Shown here: positions 45,871-55,451 of the stretch, in pieces
How the letters are laid out: each line of letters opens with the position of its first letter
How positions within the stretch are numbered: the stretch's first letter is position 1
NCBI GenBank assembly: GCA_019247895.1
Contig: JAFBAF010000353.1
Span: 1 to 58,580 of the forward strand
Source of the DNA: Parafilimonas sp.
Lineage (GTDB): Bacteria; Bacteroidota; Bacteroidia; Chitinophagales; Chitinophagaceae
Length of the DNA: 58,580 nucleotides
Reading direction: 5' to 3'
The notes under the pieces: model-generated
What the model saw: only the letters and a program-made list of their open reading frames with translations
Database searches by the model: none
Told to the model about the DNA's origin: nothing
Position numbers and translations under genes: made by a program

Positions 45871-46508
45871 ATGTAAACAGGCGCTTTAGCAATTTTATAT
45901 TCCTGGATATTGATTATTTCATCGCAAAAGTGATATTCATTTTTATCGTTGCTTGATATAATTAATAGTCTTTTTTGACAATAATTTTCAACCAATTGAT
46001 AATATAAATCAAAACCAGAAGCATCAAGATTGGTGCAAGGCTCATCCAATAAAATTACGGGCACATCAGAAAATATAGCTTGCGCCAATTTTAATCTTTG
46101 CTTCATGCCGCTGCTAAAAAAACGAATTTGCTTATTTGCGGCATCAATCAAATTCGCTTCCAGTAAAATATTTTCAATTGAACAATTGTTTATAAAATTT
46201 TTGAAATTGCAATGAAAGCGTAAAAACTCTTTTGCTGTCATTTCTTCTATCAATTCAAAATAAGGCGCTGCTATCGAAATAAAAGAATGAACTTTTTCCG
46301 GCGCTGTTTTTGTATTATTCAATTGCCATTCACAATCACCTTCAGTTAATAATAAAGAACTTGATAATACTTGCAGCAAAGTACTTTTACCACTTCCGTT
46401 ATTACCGGTAATTGCATATTTTTTTTCTTGTGAAAAGGTATAATTCAATCCGCGAAAAATCCACTCACGGCTAAAACGTTTGCCGGCATTGATAAGTGTT
46501 ATTTGCAT
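45867..46508 (-). CDS. ABC-type ATP-binding protein
   Basis: GNNGSGKS, FSSGMKQR and LLDEP; the H-switch is replaced (ISSND). Confidence 0.88.
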   Translation of the reverse strand: MQITLINAGKRFSREWIFRGLNYTFSQEKKYAITGNNGSGKSTLLQVLSSSLLLTEGDCEWQLNNTKTAPEKVHSFISIAAPYFELIEEMTAKEFLRFHCNFKNFINNCSIENILLEANLIDAANKQIRFFSSGMKQRLKLAQAIFSDVPVILLDEPCTNLDASGFDLYYQLVENYCQKRLLIISSNDKNEYHFCDEIINIQEYKIAKAPVYI

Positions 46509-46540
46509 TGCGGATTATTGAGAAACAAATTCAGAGAAGT

Positions 46541-47338
46541 TTATTCGTCTTCAGCTTCTGTTTTGGTGTATCTTTTAACAATACCTCTTTCGCTTTCACG
46601 AATAAAGCTGATGATTTCGTCACGTTCATCACTTGCGGGCATTTCTTCTTCAATATATTCTAATGCCTTTGTAGTGTTTAATCCCTTATTATAAATTATG
46701 CGGTAAATATCAAGTATCTGGTTAATCTTCTCGATTGAAAAACCTCTTCTTTTTAAGCCAACACTGTTTACACCGCCATAACTTAAAGGATTGCGAACAG
46801 CTTTTATATACGGTGGAACATCTTTGCGCACAAGGCTTCCACCTGCAATGAATGCATGCTGGCCAATTTTTACAAATTGGTGCACAGCACTGAATCCGGC
46901 GATCCATGCATAGTCTGCCATCACCACATGCCCTGCCATTTGGCTGTTATTACTCATGATGCAATTATTTCCAACACAACAATCATGTGCAATATGGCTG
47001 TAAGCCATTATAAGGCAATTATTTCCTACCGATGTCTTCCACCTGTCGCTGGTACCGCGATGAATGGTTACAAACTCCCTGATAGTTGTACTGTCACCGA
47101 TCTCAACACGCGTATTTTCGCCTTTGTATTTAAGGTCCTGTGGTTCTGCCCCAATTACAGCCCCGGGAAAAACGCGGCAATCCTTACCTATCCTAACACC
47201 CTGCATAATTGTAACATTACTTCCAATCCAGGTGCCGGCACCAATCTCAACATCCTGGTGAATAACGGAGAACGGATCAACTTTTACATTTTCAGCAAGC
47301 TTAGCATCAGGATGTATATAAGTATGCGGATGAATCAT
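46541..47338 (-). CDS. lpxA: UDP-N-acetylglucosamine acyltransferase
   Basis: Hexapeptide repeats, PQDLKY, IREFVTIHRGT, HIAHDC, VHQF and KDVPPY. Confidence 0.96.
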   Translation of the reverse strand: MIHPHTYIHPDAKLAENVKVDPFSVIHQDVEIGAGTWIGSNVTIMQGVRIGKDCRVFPGAVIGAEPQDLKYKGENTRVEIGDSTTIREFVTIHRGTSDRWKTSVGNNCLIMAYSHIAHDCCVGNNCIMSNNSQMAGHVVMADYAWIAGFSAVHQFVKIGQHAFIAGGSLVRKDVPPYIKAVRNPLSYGGVNSVGLKRRGFSIEKINQILDIYRIIYNKGLNTTKALEYIEEEMPASDERDEIISFIRESERGIVKRYTKTEAEDE

Positions 47339-47388
47339 TTTTTGCTTAGTTGGTGCGGCCAGGTATTTTTTTGATTTTTAAAACGCGA

Positions 47389-47396
47389 CAAAGTTA
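47389..47396 (-). promoter_or_regulatory. Internal -7 element for lpxA
   Basis: TAACTTTG in the gap between lpxC/fabZ and lpxA. Confidence 0.6.
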
Positions 47397-47429
47397 ACCG
47401 TTCGTATTTAATATAACGCTAAATTGAAC

Positions 47430-48836
47430 TCAATCAACTTTTACAAGTTGTGCAACAAGATCTGCTTCGGTGGCTACTTTTCCGCCAACATATACGGTGC
47501 CTTTCATATCGCAAATTCCACGGCGAATAGGTCCGTTCAATTCCATCTTTAAAATCATGGTATCACCAGGCACTACTTTTTGCTTGAACTTGCAATTGTT
47601 GATCTTTAAAAAGTAGGTGTCGTATTTACCCGGAGGCATTGCATTAATACATAGAATTCCTCCTGTTTGCGCCAATGCTTCAACTTGTAAAACACCGGGC
47701 ATTACAGGATTATTTGGAAAATGCCCCTGAAAATACCATTCATTGAAAGTTACATTTTTTATACCGATGATATGATGATCAGTAAGCTCGATTATTTTAT
47801 CTACCAATAAAAAAGGGAAACGGTGTGGCAGTGTTTTTTCAATATAATCAAACCCGTAAACAGCAGGTTGTGTAGGATCGTAAACGGGAACATCTTTAAG
47901 GTGCTTATTTTTCCTGATATATTGTTTTATCTTTTTTGCAAACTCAACATTAGAGCTGTGTCCCGGCCTGTTGGCAATAATGCGTGCTTTAATTGGATAG
48001 CCGATTAATGTAAGATCGCCGACTACATCAAGTAATTTATGGCGTGCAGGCTCATTTGGGAAACGTAACTCGAGATTATTTAAATAGCCTTCACTTTTTA
48101 CTTCTATTTGTTCTCTTTTAAACACTTTCTTCAGCCGAATCATTTCCTTATCGTCAACAGGTTTATCTACAACAACTATAGCATTATTTATGTCACCGCC
48201 TTTAATAAGGTTATTATCCAGCAACATTTCCAATTCATGTAAAAAACAAAAAGTACGGCAAGGCGCAATTTCTGTTTTAAAGTCACGCATGCTCTTTAAA
48301 CCTGCGTGCTGAGTTCCAAGAACGGGGCTGTTGAAATCAATTAATGTGGTAAGCCTGTAAGCAGTTGACGGCAAAGCTGTCATTTCTACTCTTTTTTCAT
48401 CATCATAATAATAGATATTTTCTTCAAGGCTGTACCACGCTTTTGCAGCTTCCTGTTCAACAACACCTGTTTCTGAAATTAGTTCTGTAAATGGTTGCGA
48501 GCTACCATCAATAATGGGGATTTCAGGTCCGTTCACTTCAATTAAAACATTATCTACACCCATACCTGTAAGTGCAGCGAGAATGTGTTCAACAGTGCTC
48601 ACTCTTGCATCACCAATTTGTAATGTTGTGCCGCGGCTTGTATCGGTTACCAAATCACAATCTGCTTTTATAGTGGGTGAGCCTGGAATATCGGTGCGCT
48701 GAAATTGTATTCCAAAACCCGGGTGTGCCGGGTTCAATTTCATATCAACCAAAACACCTGTATGTAAACCAGTTCCGCTAATGCTTACTGACTTTGATAA
48801 AGTATGCTGTTTATCCGGATTAAAATTTACATCCAT
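47430..48836 (-). CDS. lpxC: Bifunctional LpxC deacetylase / FabZ dehydratase
   Basis: LpxC motifs GLHTG, TVEHILAAL and HKLLD; FabZ motifs LPHRFPFLLVD and GHFP..PVMPGVL. Confidence 0.96.
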   Translation of the reverse strand: MDVNFNPDKQHTLSKSVSISGTGLHTGVLVDMKLNPAHPGFGIQFQRTDIPGSPTIKADCDLVTDTSRGTTLQIGDARVSTVEHILAALTGMGVDNVLIEVNGPEIPIIDGSSQPFTELISETGVVEQEAAKAWYSLEENIYYYDDEKRVEMTALPSTAYRLTTLIDFNSPVLGTQHAGLKSMRDFKTEIAPCRTFCFLHELEMLLDNNLIKGGDINNAIVVVDKPVDDKEMIRLKKVFKREQIEVKSEGYLNNLELRFPNEPARHKLLDVVGDLTLIGYPIKARIIANRPGHSSNVEFAKKIKQYIRKNKHLKDVPVYDPTQPAVYGFDYIEKTLPHRFPFLLVDKIIELTDHHIIGIKNVTFNEWYFQGHFPNNPVMPGVLQVEALAQTGGILCINAMPPGKYDTYFLKINNCKFKQKVVPGDTMILKMELNGPIRRGICDMKGTVYVGGKVATEADLVAQLVKVD

Positions 48837-48906
48837 TTACTAAATTTAAATTAGTGGTATAATGCAACTTTCAATTTATAATTTAAGCGCAATTTACCGG
48901 GGCGAG

Positions 48907-48914
48907 CAAAAGTA
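48907..48914 (-). promoter_or_regulatory. Internal -7 element for lpxC/fabZ
   Basis: TACTTTTG in the gap between lpxD and lpxC. Confidence 0.6.
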
Positions 48915-48977
48915 AGGTTTAAAACGGTGGTAATGAAGTAATACCAAAGCTTGGCTACATTATAACAATCGGTAATA

Positions 48978-50030
48978 TTAAAAGCTAACTTTTTCCTGTA
49001 AAAGTTGCTGAACTAATTTTTCCAGTTCTGCTAATCTTTTTTCCATTTGAGGGAGATTGCGGCTTAAAGCCTGGCTGCGTAAAGCACTTGTATAATCATA
49101 AGCCGGTGAGCCGGTAACAGCAGTATTTTTTTGTTTGATAGATTTTGAAACGCCGCTTTGGGCATTTATTTTAGTACCCTCGGCAATTTGCAGGTGGCCC
49201 ACAATCCCAACCTGGCCTCCGATCATTGCGTTATTGCCGATCTTAGTGCTTCCGCTTACGCCGGATTGTGCCGCGATAACCGTATTATAGCCAATTTCAA
49301 CATTATGTGCAATCTGGATAAGGTTATCCAGTTTTGTGCCTGCATGAATTATTGTTGAGCCAACTGTTGCGCGATCAATGGTAGTGTTACATCCAATTTC
49401 AACATTATCTTCAATTACAACATTACCTATCTGCGGAACTTTTTTATAAGTTCCATTTTCCTGTGGAGCAAAACCAAAACCATCACCGCCGATAACAGTT
49501 CCTGCATGTATGGTAACATTATTACCCACCATGCAGCCAAAATAAATTTTTACACCAGGATGTATTATTGAATTGTCGCTAATCTTAACATCATTTCCAA
49601 TATAAACACCCGGATATAATTTTGTATTATTACCTACTGTAACATTTTCGCCTAAATAAGTGAAAGCACCAACAAAAACATTTTCTCCAAGTTTTGCCGA
49701 TGGATGAATATAACTTGGTTGCTGAATTCCTGTTAGTTGCGCCTGCATCATTTCCTGGTATTTTTGGAGCAGGTTGGCAAAAGCGATGTATGCATCTGCA
49801 ACCCGAATAAGCGTTGCGCTTACCGGTTGTTTTAATTCAAGACTTTCATTTACAATAATTACAGAGGCATTGGTAGTATATAAAAAATCTTCGTATTTGG
49901 GATTTGCCAGAAAAGCAAGTTGGCTGCGTTGCGCTTCTTCAATTTTCCCAAATGAGCTTACTTCAACATCAGCATTCCCTTCTACTTTCCCGTTTATAAG
50001 CTGCGCAATGCGTTCTGCATTGATCTTCAT
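48978..50030 (-). CDS. lpxD: UDP-3-O-acylglucosamine N-acyltransferase
   Basis: FLANPKY, GGDGFGF, PQIGNV, TTIDRA and DNLIQIAHNV. Confidence 0.96.
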   Translation of the reverse strand: MKINAERIAQLINGKVEGNADVEVSSFGKIEEAQRSQLAFLANPKYEDFLYTTNASVIIVNESLELKQPVSATLIRVADAYIAFANLLQKYQEMMQAQLTGIQQPSYIHPSAKLGENVFVGAFTYLGENVTVGNNTKLYPGVYIGNDVKISDNSIIHPGVKIYFGCMVGNNVTIHAGTVIGGDGFGFAPQENGTYKKVPQIGNVVIEDNVEIGCNTTIDRATVGSTIIHAGTKLDNLIQIAHNVEIGYNTVIAAQSGVSGSTKIGNNAMIGGQVGIVGHLQIAEGTKINAQSGVSKSIKQKNTAVTGSPAYDYTSALRSQALSRNLPQMEKRLAELEKLVQQLLQEKVSF

Positions 50031-50074
50031 AAATAAGTTTTAAATGTTCCGTAATAAAACTCAAATGCACAGGA

Positions 50075-51283
50075 TTACATCAATTGACAAATGTAAAATT
50101 TTTTAACCGGCATTGATAGTGTTTTGTGAATTAAAGGATCATCAACCTGCGATATATCTCTGAAATCACCTGTTTTAGAAATTATGTTGATCTGTTCATC
50201 TTTTAAAGTATAAGTTGTATTAATTGCTTCTCCGGTAAAAATAAAGTAAGCCGCTTCTTCAATTGAAATTTTCATTTTTAATGCGAGCTTCTGCCTTTTT
50301 TCTTCAACTTCATTTTCATTAAACGGATGTGTTTGCAATTTACATTTATATAAATTTCGATTTAGCAAACTTTTGCATAATGCAGAAAGAATTTTATCAC
50401 TGTGGTTGCTCCATTTTTTTACAGCGAACATCACATCATAATCATCAAGCAGGCAAAATTTTTCAAGCGCTTCATCATTCATTTCTGAATATTTCTCAAA
50501 AAAATAATCAAGCGTTGCGTTTAATTTAAGATCGTTATGTGAAGCAAATATTTCCCGTGCACGTTCAATAATTTTCACGATCATTTTTTCCGCCGCCAAA
50601 ACTGTTTTATGTAAATATACCTGCCAATACATTTGTCTTCTCGCAACAAGAAATTTTTCAACGCTATACAAGCCTTTTTCTTCAATCATCAATTGTCCTT
50701 CATGCACGGTAAGCATTTTCAAGATTCGGTCATAACCAATTACGCCTTCGCTTACGCCGGTAAAAAAACTATCTCTTGTTAAATAATCCATGCGGTCAAC
50801 ATCTAATTGCCCGCTTATTAACTGATGTAAAAACTGTTTAGGATTTTGATTAGTAAAAATTGAAATGGCCGTTGAAAGTTTACCATCAAATTCGTCATTC
50901 AGTTGATGCATTATCTGCAAGCCAATTGTTTCATGATGCACATTTGGAATTAATATATTTTCAAGCGCATGAGAGAATGGCCCATGGCCAATATCATGTA
51001 ACAAAATTGCTGCTTTTGCTGCGGTGGCCTCTTCATCTGAAATATCAATATTCTTGTGCTTTAATTCGCTTATTGCCAAACTAATTAAATGATAAGCCCC
51101 AAGTGAATGATGCAATCTCGTGTGCACCGCGCCTGGATACACCATTTGCGCTAACGCCATTTGATAAATGCGGCGCAATCGCTGGTACCACGGGTGATTG
51201 ATGATGTTAAAAAGAACAGGTTCATCGATAGTTATAAAACCATAGATAGGATCGTTTATAATTTTTCTTTTTGAATCAGGCAT
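50075..51283 (-). CDS. HD-domain phosphohydrolase (dNTP triphosphohydrolase-like)
   Basis: QRLRRI.Q, HTRLHHSLG, LLHDIGHGPFSH and LDVDRMDYL.RDS. Confidence 0.9.
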   Translation of the reverse strand: MPDSKRKIINDPIYGFITIDEPVLFNIINHPWYQRLRRIYQMALAQMVYPGAVHTRLHHSLGAYHLISLAISELKHKNIDISDEEATAAKAAILLHDIGHGPFSHALENILIPNVHHETIGLQIMHQLNDEFDGKLSTAISIFTNQNPKQFLHQLISGQLDVDRMDYLTRDSFFTGVSEGVIGYDRILKMLTVHEGQLMIEEKGLYSVEKFLVARRQMYWQVYLHKTVLAAEKMIVKIIERAREIFASHNDLKLNATLDYFFEKYSEMNDEALEKFCLLDDYDVMFAVKKWSNHSDKILSALCKSLLNRNLYKCKLQTHPFNENEVEEKRQKLALKMKISIEEAAYFIFTGEAINTTYTLKDEQINIISKTGDFRDISQVDDPLIHKTLSMPVKKFYICQLM

Positions 51284-51439
51284 TTAATGTTGAGGCTTTG
51301 TTAAATCAATTATTAATAACATTTGGCAATGCGATAACGGAGTTTTAAAAAGATAATTTTACAAACTGCGTTGTTTACAAAGATTAAACAATTTTATAAG
51401 CAAATCGTAATCTAAAAATGTACATCGCAAATTATCTAT

Positions 51440-52990
51440 ATGGCGGTAGCAACTATACTTTGGGTTGATGATGAGATTGAAAATCTCCAGTCGCAGAAAT
51501 TATTTTTAGAAAACAAAGGGTATGAAGTGCACACACGAACTAATGGCTTTGATGCGGTTGATTTTGTGAAAGATAATGCGCTTGATATTGTTTTGCTTGA
51601 TGAAACAATGCCGGGGATTACAGGTCTTGAAACATTGCAAAAAATAAAAGAAGTAAGCAATATCCCGGTTGTGATGATCACCAAAAATGAAACGGAAAAT
51701 TTGATGGAAGATGCTATTGGCAGCCAGATAACCGATTACTTAATTAAGCCTGTAAACCCAAACCAGGTATTGCTTTGCCTTAAAAAAATTATCGATAATA
51801 AACGACTTATTGGCGAAAAAACCACTTCAGCTTATCAGCAGCAGTTCCGCAATTTATTCATGGCACTGAATAGTAATCCTGATTATAATGAATGGATGGA
51901 CATTTATAAAAGATTAGTGTACTGGGAACTTGAAATGGAGAAAAGCAATAGCCCTGAAATGCAGGAAGTTTTTCAAACACAAAAACAGGAAGCCAATACT
52001 GAATTTTTTAAATACATCAGTAAAAATTACACAAACTGGTTAAGTGGGAAAGGCGATGCGCCGGTGATGAGTCATAATTTATTTAAAAATAAAATATTAC
52101 CGCAGGTAGAAAAAGGAATACCAACTTTTTTTGTATTGATTGACAATCTTCGTCTTGATCAATGGAAGTCAATTCAACCGATTTTTGCAGAAAGCTTTCG
52201 CATAAATGAAGAAGAAACTTTTTATAGCATTCTGCCGACTGCTACACAATATAGCCGTAATGCAATTTTTGCTGGTATGCTTCCCCTTGAAATAGAAAAA
52301 CAGTTTCCAAATTTTTGGAAGAACGATGATGAAGAAGGAAGCAAGAATATGCATGAAGAAGATTTTTTCAAAGCACAACTAAAGCGGCTAAAAAGAGACG
52401 ATATAAAATACAGTTACACTAAAGTGCTCCATCACAATGATGGACAGCAGTTGGTAAATAATATTCATAATTTACTAATCAACGATCTGAATATAATTGT
52501 GTACAACTTTGTTGATATGCTAAGCCATGCACGAACAGAAATGGAAGTGTTGAAAGAATTAGCCGGCGATGAAACAAGTTATCGCAGCATTACAAAAAGC
52601 TGGTTTGAACATAGCCCTTTGCACCAGGCACTCAAAAAAATTGCTGATAAGAAAGTGAATATAGTATTGGCAACCGACCACGGAAGTGTGAGAGTAAATA
52701 CACCGTGTAAGGTAATAGGAGATAAGCAAACAACCGCAAACCTGCGTTACAAACACGGCCGCAATTTGAATTATGACGCAAAAGATGTTTTGGCTTTCCG
52801 CGATCCAAAGCAAGGAGGCCTGCCTGTGCCTAACGTAAATTCATCCTACATTTTTGCAAGAGAAAATAATTACCTGTGTTACCCGAACAACTATAATTAT
52901 TACGTAAATTATTACCGCAACACTTTTCAGCATGGCGGTGTAAGTATGGAAGAAATGATCATTCCTTTTGTAAAAATGAGCAGCAAGTAA
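51440..52990 (+). CDS. porX: PorX-type response regulator (REC + PglZ/alkaline-phosphatase-like domain)
   Basis: WVDDE, LLDETMPG, IDNLRLDQW, LPTATQYSRN, TDHG and FQHGGVS; divergent from the HD-lpxD cluster. Confidence 0.9.
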   Translation: MAVATILWVDDEIENLQSQKLFLENKGYEVHTRTNGFDAVDFVKDNALDIVLLDETMPGITGLETLQKIKEVSNIPVVMITKNETENLMEDAIGSQITDYLIKPVNPNQVLLCLKKIIDNKRLIGEKTTSAYQQQFRNLFMALNSNPDYNEWMDIYKRLVYWELEMEKSNSPEMQEVFQTQKQEANTEFFKYISKNYTNWLSGKGDAPVMSHNLFKNKILPQVEKGIPTFFVLIDNLRLDQWKSIQPIFAESFRINEEETFYSILPTATQYSRNAIFAGMLPLEIEKQFPNFWKNDDEEGSKNMHEEDFFKAQLKRLKRDDIKYSYTKVLHHNDGQQLVNNIHNLLINDLNIIVYNFVDMLSHARTEMEVLKELAGDETSYRSITKSWFEHSPLHQALKKIADKKVNIVLATDHGSVRVNTPCKVIGDKQTTANLRYKHGRNLNYDAKDVLAFRDPKQGGLPVPNVNSSYIFARENNYLCYPNNYNYYVNYYRNTFQHGGVSMEEMIIPFVKMSSK

Positions 52991-52992
52991 AA

Positions 52993-53106
52993 ACCCATCC
53001 GAAATCCTTCAAGAAGGGAAGGACTTATTAGGCTCTCAATAATTCTTTACAAGCAATTAAAGCTGTTCAAAGTCCCTTCCTTTGGAAAAGGGATTTAGGG
53101 ATAGGC
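52993..53106. repeat. Inverted pair of REP-like palindromic units
   Basis: ACCCATCCGAAATCCTTCAAGAAGGGAAGGACTT (52993-53026) resembles the reverse complement of AAGTCCCTTCCTTTGGAAAAGGGATTTAGGGATAGGC (53070-53106). Confidence 0.7.
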
Positions 53107-53108
53107 TT

Positions 53109-53375
53109 TTACTCATCATCTTCTTCGTGATAGGCATCTTCGCTGCTGTAATAAGCAGATGTCCAGTCTTTTACGGTTTCATCGCTTAATAGCTCAACTA
53201 TATCAAAAATCTGATCTGTTTTCCTTTTCCATTGCTGCACAATGCTCTCCGCATATTTTTCAACATACATGCAATGATCGCTGATAACCTTCACTTGTAA
53301 TAAAGTAAGTTCTTCATTTTCTTTTTCCTGTACCAGGTAAAAACAGCCTGGCTCTAATAGTGCATACGAGTACAT
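53109..53375 (-). CDS. Small acidic hypothetical protein
   Basis: 88 aa with an acidic tail. Own TACATTTG promoter element at 53471-53478. Confidence 0.78.
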   Translation of the reverse strand: MYSYALLEPGCFYLVQEKENEELTLLQVKVISDHCMYVEKYAESIVQQWKRKTDQIFDIVELLSDETVKDWTSAYYSSEDAYHEEDDE

Positions 53376-53543
53376 AACCTGCCTTTGAAATAAATTAAAA
53401 AATATGTAGAATTTAATGGGAAGGTTTTATGAAAGTTGGGGTAGCGAGTATCTTAATAAAACCGTTGATGCAAATGTATCGAAATAATGCACAGCAGCAT
53501 AATGCTTTTTAGTTAAGATATTAAATTACTGAAAATTAAGCTG

Positions 53544-54332
53544 TTAATTATTAGATTCAGTAAGAACCGGGGCAGAGAAATTATGCGAGGGAATTGTTTT
53601 CATGCGTTTACGGTAATTGCCAAATAAGCTCTTTAATTGTATGATAAGTACACCTAAAACACCTTCTTTTAAAATGGTTTTGCTCATTTTACTTATACCT
53701 GTTTTACGATCAATAAAAGTTATAGGAACTTCTTTTAATTTAAAGCCGATTTTCCAAGCCGCAAATTTCATTTCAATTTGAAAAGCATAACCTATAAATT
53801 TTATTTCATTAAAGTTTATTGTTTCCAATACCTTTCTTTTATAGCAAACAAAACCTGCTGTAGGATCTTTAACAGGCATAAAAGTGATAAGTCTTGTATA
53901 GAAGGCTCCACCCTTTGAATAAATGTGCCTGTCTAATGGCCAGTTTTCAGTTTTCCCTCCGGGAACATAACGACTGCCGATAGCCACATCGCAACTCTCA
54001 TTTTTGCATGCATTGTATAATCGTTCAAGATCGCTTGGATTGTGCGAAAAATCGGCATCCATTTCAAATATGAAATCATATTCTTTATCAATTGCCCATT
54101 TAAAGCCATCAATATAGGCAGTACCTAAACCAAGTTTACCTTGTCTTCTTAAAATGAATAATTCATACGTATAATCTTCTTTTAATCGTTCTACCGCTTC
54201 TGCGGTGCCGTCAGGCGAGTTATCATCAACCACTAAAACATGATAATTTTGATTTAATGAAAGAATTGCTTTGAGAATTAAAGGAATATTCTCAATCTCG
54301 TTGTAAGTAGGTATGATTACTAATTTTTCCAA
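53544..54332 (-). CDS. Polyprenol-phosphate mannosyltransferase-like GT2
   Basis: Likely TTG start at 54332 (LEKLVIIPTYNE). VDDNSPDGT, GLGTAY, EMDADFSH and GSRY. Confidence 0.9.
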   Translation of the reverse strand: MEKLVIIPTYNEIENIPLILKAILSLNQNYHVLVVDDNSPDGTAEAVERLKEDYTYELFILRRQGKLGLGTAYIDGFKWAIDKEYDFIFEMDADFSHNPSDLERLYNACKNESCDVAIGSRYVPGGKTENWPLDRHIYSKGGAFYTRLITFMPVKDPTAGFVCYKRKVLETINFNEIKFIGYAFQIEMKFAAWKIGFKLKEVPITFIDRKTGISKMSKTILKEGVLGVLIIQLKSLFGNYRKRMKTIPSHNFSAPVLTESNN

Positions 54333-54402
54333 GGAGAAGCGAGTGGTATTTTCGAAAATACAATATTCCGCTTCAAACAAATAAATAAAAAGCCAAAATT
54401 GT

Positions 54403-55176
54403 TTAATTTATTTTTTTAAGGAAGGTACGGTTAAATATCTCCGTGAGCTTTTGTTTGGTATTTAAAGGAAAATCACCTTTCATTATCCAATCATAATATT
54501 GAGGTTCTGTTTTTAAAACTTCTACAACCGATTTGCCTTTATGTTTTCCGAAGTTAAAAATTTCCACTCCATCAACTAAAACCATTCGCCTGGCAAAGTC
54601 AACACAATCTTCCTCGCCAATGCAATTTAAAATGCTTTCAAGGGTTAAGCCTAATTGCGGGTAACGTTCAATTTGTGCATGTAAAATTTCAAGTGTCGCT
54701 GAAGCGTCGGCTTCGGCGCTGTGTGCGTTATCTAAAACTTTGTTGCAGTAAAATTTATAAGCAGCGCCCAATGTTCTTTGTTCCATTAAATGAAATATCT
54801 TTTGAACATCAATTAATTTTCTTCCATCCATAGAAAACTCCAAACCCGCTCTTAAAAATTCTTCTACCAGCATGGGGATGTCGAAACGATTGCTGTTATA
54901 GCCACCTAAATCACAATTCTGCAAAAACTGTTTTATTTCATTGGCAACCTGCTTAAATGTGGGTGCATCCTTTATCATTTCGTCTGTAATGCCATGCACA
55001 TTACTCGATGCAGCTGGTATAGGTTTTTGCGGATTGATAAGTTTTCTTTTGCGTTGTATGCTGCCGTCCGGCAGTAATTTCACAATAGCAATTTCTATTA
55101 TTTTATCTGTAGCTAAATCAATTCCTGTTGTTTCAAGATCAATAACAGCAAGAGGGTGCAAAATCTGGAGGCTCAT
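54403..55176 (-). CDS. DEDDh 3'-5' exonuclease (DnaQ/PolC-epsilon-like)
   Basis: IDLETTG, NSNRFD, AHSAEAD and C-terminal FGKHKG. Confidence 0.9.
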   Translation of the reverse strand: MSLQILHPLAVIDLETTGIDLATDKIIEIAIVKLLPDGSIQRKRKLINPQKPIPAASSNVHGITDEMIKDAPTFKQVANEIKQFLQNCDLGGYNSNRFDIPMLVEEFLRAGLEFSMDGRKLIDVQKIFHLMEQRTLGAAYKFYCNKVLDNAHSAEADASATLEILHAQIERYPQLGLTLESILNCIGEEDCVDFARRMVLVDGVEIFNFGKHKGKSVVEVLKTEPQYYDWIMKGDFPLNTKQKLTEIFNRTFLKKIN

Positions 55177-55325
55177 TCTTATTAATTACGGCTGCGAATG
55201 TAATATTAGTTATTGCAAAATAGCAAGAGTTGTGTATGGGAATTAATTACCAACAGTAATTACACAATTCTTAAACAATTTTCGAATTACATTTGACGTT
55301 ATAGTGGAAAATATCCTATAAAGTT

Positions 55326-55451
55326 ATGCGTAAAATTTTACTAGTAATGCTGGCAGTTTCATTCTGCGCCATACTCTTTTCATCATGTGTGGAGAGTCGC
55401 AGTTCAACATGCCCGTCACATGATCCTTACTATTTTAGAAGAGGAAGATAA
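55326..55451 (+). CDS. 41-aa lipoprotein (not in ORF track)
   Basis: MRKILLVMLAVSFCAILFSSCVESRSSTCPSHDPYYFRRGR*. Lipobox FSSC; TACATTTG promoter element at 55288-55295. Confidence 0.78.
   Translation: MRKILLVMLAVSFCAILFSSCVESRSSTCPSHDPYYFRRGR

Noticed and set aside
1595-47374. Antisense or alternate-frame ORFs such as 1595..2176, 14294..14707, 23868..24296 and 46856..47374
   Set aside because: They lie within well-supported genes, lack motifs and look like codon-bias shadows.
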